Assembly (NCBI GenBank): GCA_963846575.1
Contig: CAWJWJ010000002.1
Location: 1,792,001-1,856,000 of the forward strand
Source: an uncultured Nitrospiraceae bacterium
GTDB lineage: Bacteria; Nitrospirota; Nitrospiria; Nitrospirales; Nitrospiraceae
Direction: 5' to 3'
Length of the DNA stretch: 64,000 nt
The notes beneath the pieces were generated by a model. It was not told where the DNA came from and made no database searches. It saw only the letters and a list, made by a program, of their open reading frames with translations. Below are positions 63,087 to 64,000 of this stretch, one piece after another (position 1 is the first letter of the stretch; each line of letters begins with the position of its first letter). The position numbers were made by a program, and so were the translations under genes.

Positions 63087-63228
63087 AGTGTCACGCTGAT
63101 CGCCCCGGAGGAACAGCCGTCACCGCACCCGCCGCATAGATCTGGGCGATAGACCGGAGGCTCAAGGGCCGGCCGCCCCCGCAGGGCAGCGGCATGAATG
63201 GCCGGGCAGGAGCGATGAGGCGGCCGGT

Positions 63229-63402
63229 CTAGTCGAGCGGGCTGGCCTCGAAGTGGATGAGGATGTCGTCTTCGATGGTGTAGCTGATCTCCAAAGGATT
63301 GCAGCAGACCTCGCAATCTTCGACGTAGGTCGAATGGACGGAGGGATCCAGGACCATGGAGATCAATTCGCCGCAGGAGGGGCAATTAAAGGAATGTTCC
63401 AC
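63229..63402 (-). CDS. CPXCG-motif cysteine-rich small protein
   Basis: CPSCGE...YVEDCEVCCNP. Confidence 0.88.
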   Translation of the reverse strand: MEHSFNCPSCGELISMVLDPSVHSTYVEDCEVCCNPLEISYTIEDDILIHFEASPLD

Positions 63403-63742
63403 GACCGATACCGTACCGCAATCCCCCTCACATAACAATGGCGGCCACCCGAGAGCGACCCGCCCGGGAACCCGGCCATCATTCAGGGAATCACTGACGT
63501 AGCTGGTGAAGGCAGGCAGGAATCTGAGTGGTGCCGGTCGCACCAGACCGGTATGGGTTCAGCATAACTTCGACAAGGTCGACGGTCAGCGTCGAGAAGA
63601 CACCCGGCACACTTTCCTCACGCTCACGATGCCGCCGCTCCGCACCATGGCTAGCCGAGTTAGCCTCCGGGCGGAGCGGGGCAAGCGTAACGGGAAACGC
63701 AGGCCTCTTCGGAATGATCCTGCTTCGCGACTGGTGGAGCCC

Positions 63743-64000
63743 TTAGCCCCAGCGCACCTGCAACGGGCTCTGTACCAGTGCCTGCGCAAGCTTCCGGGAA
63801 GCCGACTCCAATTCACGACAGCGCGCCACGAATCGTCCGGACGCCAGGCGGGGAAAGTAGTCCCGGTGGCGCTCATAAAACGACGCCCGCCGCCCCCAAC
63901 GCTCCGCATCTTCGCTCAACAGCCAGGCGGTCAGACCGTTGGGCCGGTCGGGTTCCGTGTCTTCCGTCCGCGTCCCGACGGATTCACTTTCGTCGATCAC
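63743..64000 (-). CDS. Hypothetical protein, possibly 5'-truncated at the window edge
   Basis: Open frame to the window edge; no recognised motif. Confidence 0.45.
   Translation of the reverse strand: MIDESESVGTRTEDTEPDRPNGLTAWLLSEDAERWGRRASFYERHRDYFPRLASGRFVARCRELESASRKLAQALVQSPLQVRWG

Noticed and set aside
1..64000. CRISPR array, tRNA or rRNA genes
   Set aside because: No regularly spaced repeats or recognisable RNA genes were seen by eye; a tRNAscan/Rfam run would be needed to exclude them fully.

Overview
Bacterial chromosomal window of mostly housekeeping genes with accessory patches. It is roughly 60% GC by eye. Gene content and protein style suggest Nitrospira, but that is an inference. 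Core blocks are carB-greA; bioA divergent from a long lepA-lepB-hldE-kdsB-pyrG-kdsA-kdsD-pgsA-plsY-(TrkA-C)-degP operon; an EF-G paralog; radC; rsmD-coaD-aminotransferase; purH-purD-tsaC; dnaE-accA; hrpB; and def. I saw no rRNA, tRNA or CRISPR array. Most notable: (1) an HUH/Y1 (RAYT-like) nuclease gene sits between perfect 25-bp inverted repeats. The repeats supply its -35 box and an outward in-frame GTG start (MIARPDP...) for both neighbouring genes, and the downstream pseudouridine synthase has no other start. (2) bioA and lepA share a back-to-back promoter with overlapping -35 boxes. (3) A sigma54-type small zinc-ribbon gene is opposed by a near-consensus antisense sigma70 promoter. (4) The EF-G paralog has an NDLD G4 motif. 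(5) Several unknown ORFs have good expression signals. (6) A sharply bounded ~3 kb indel-rich tract in dnaE/accA is most likely an assembly artefact.
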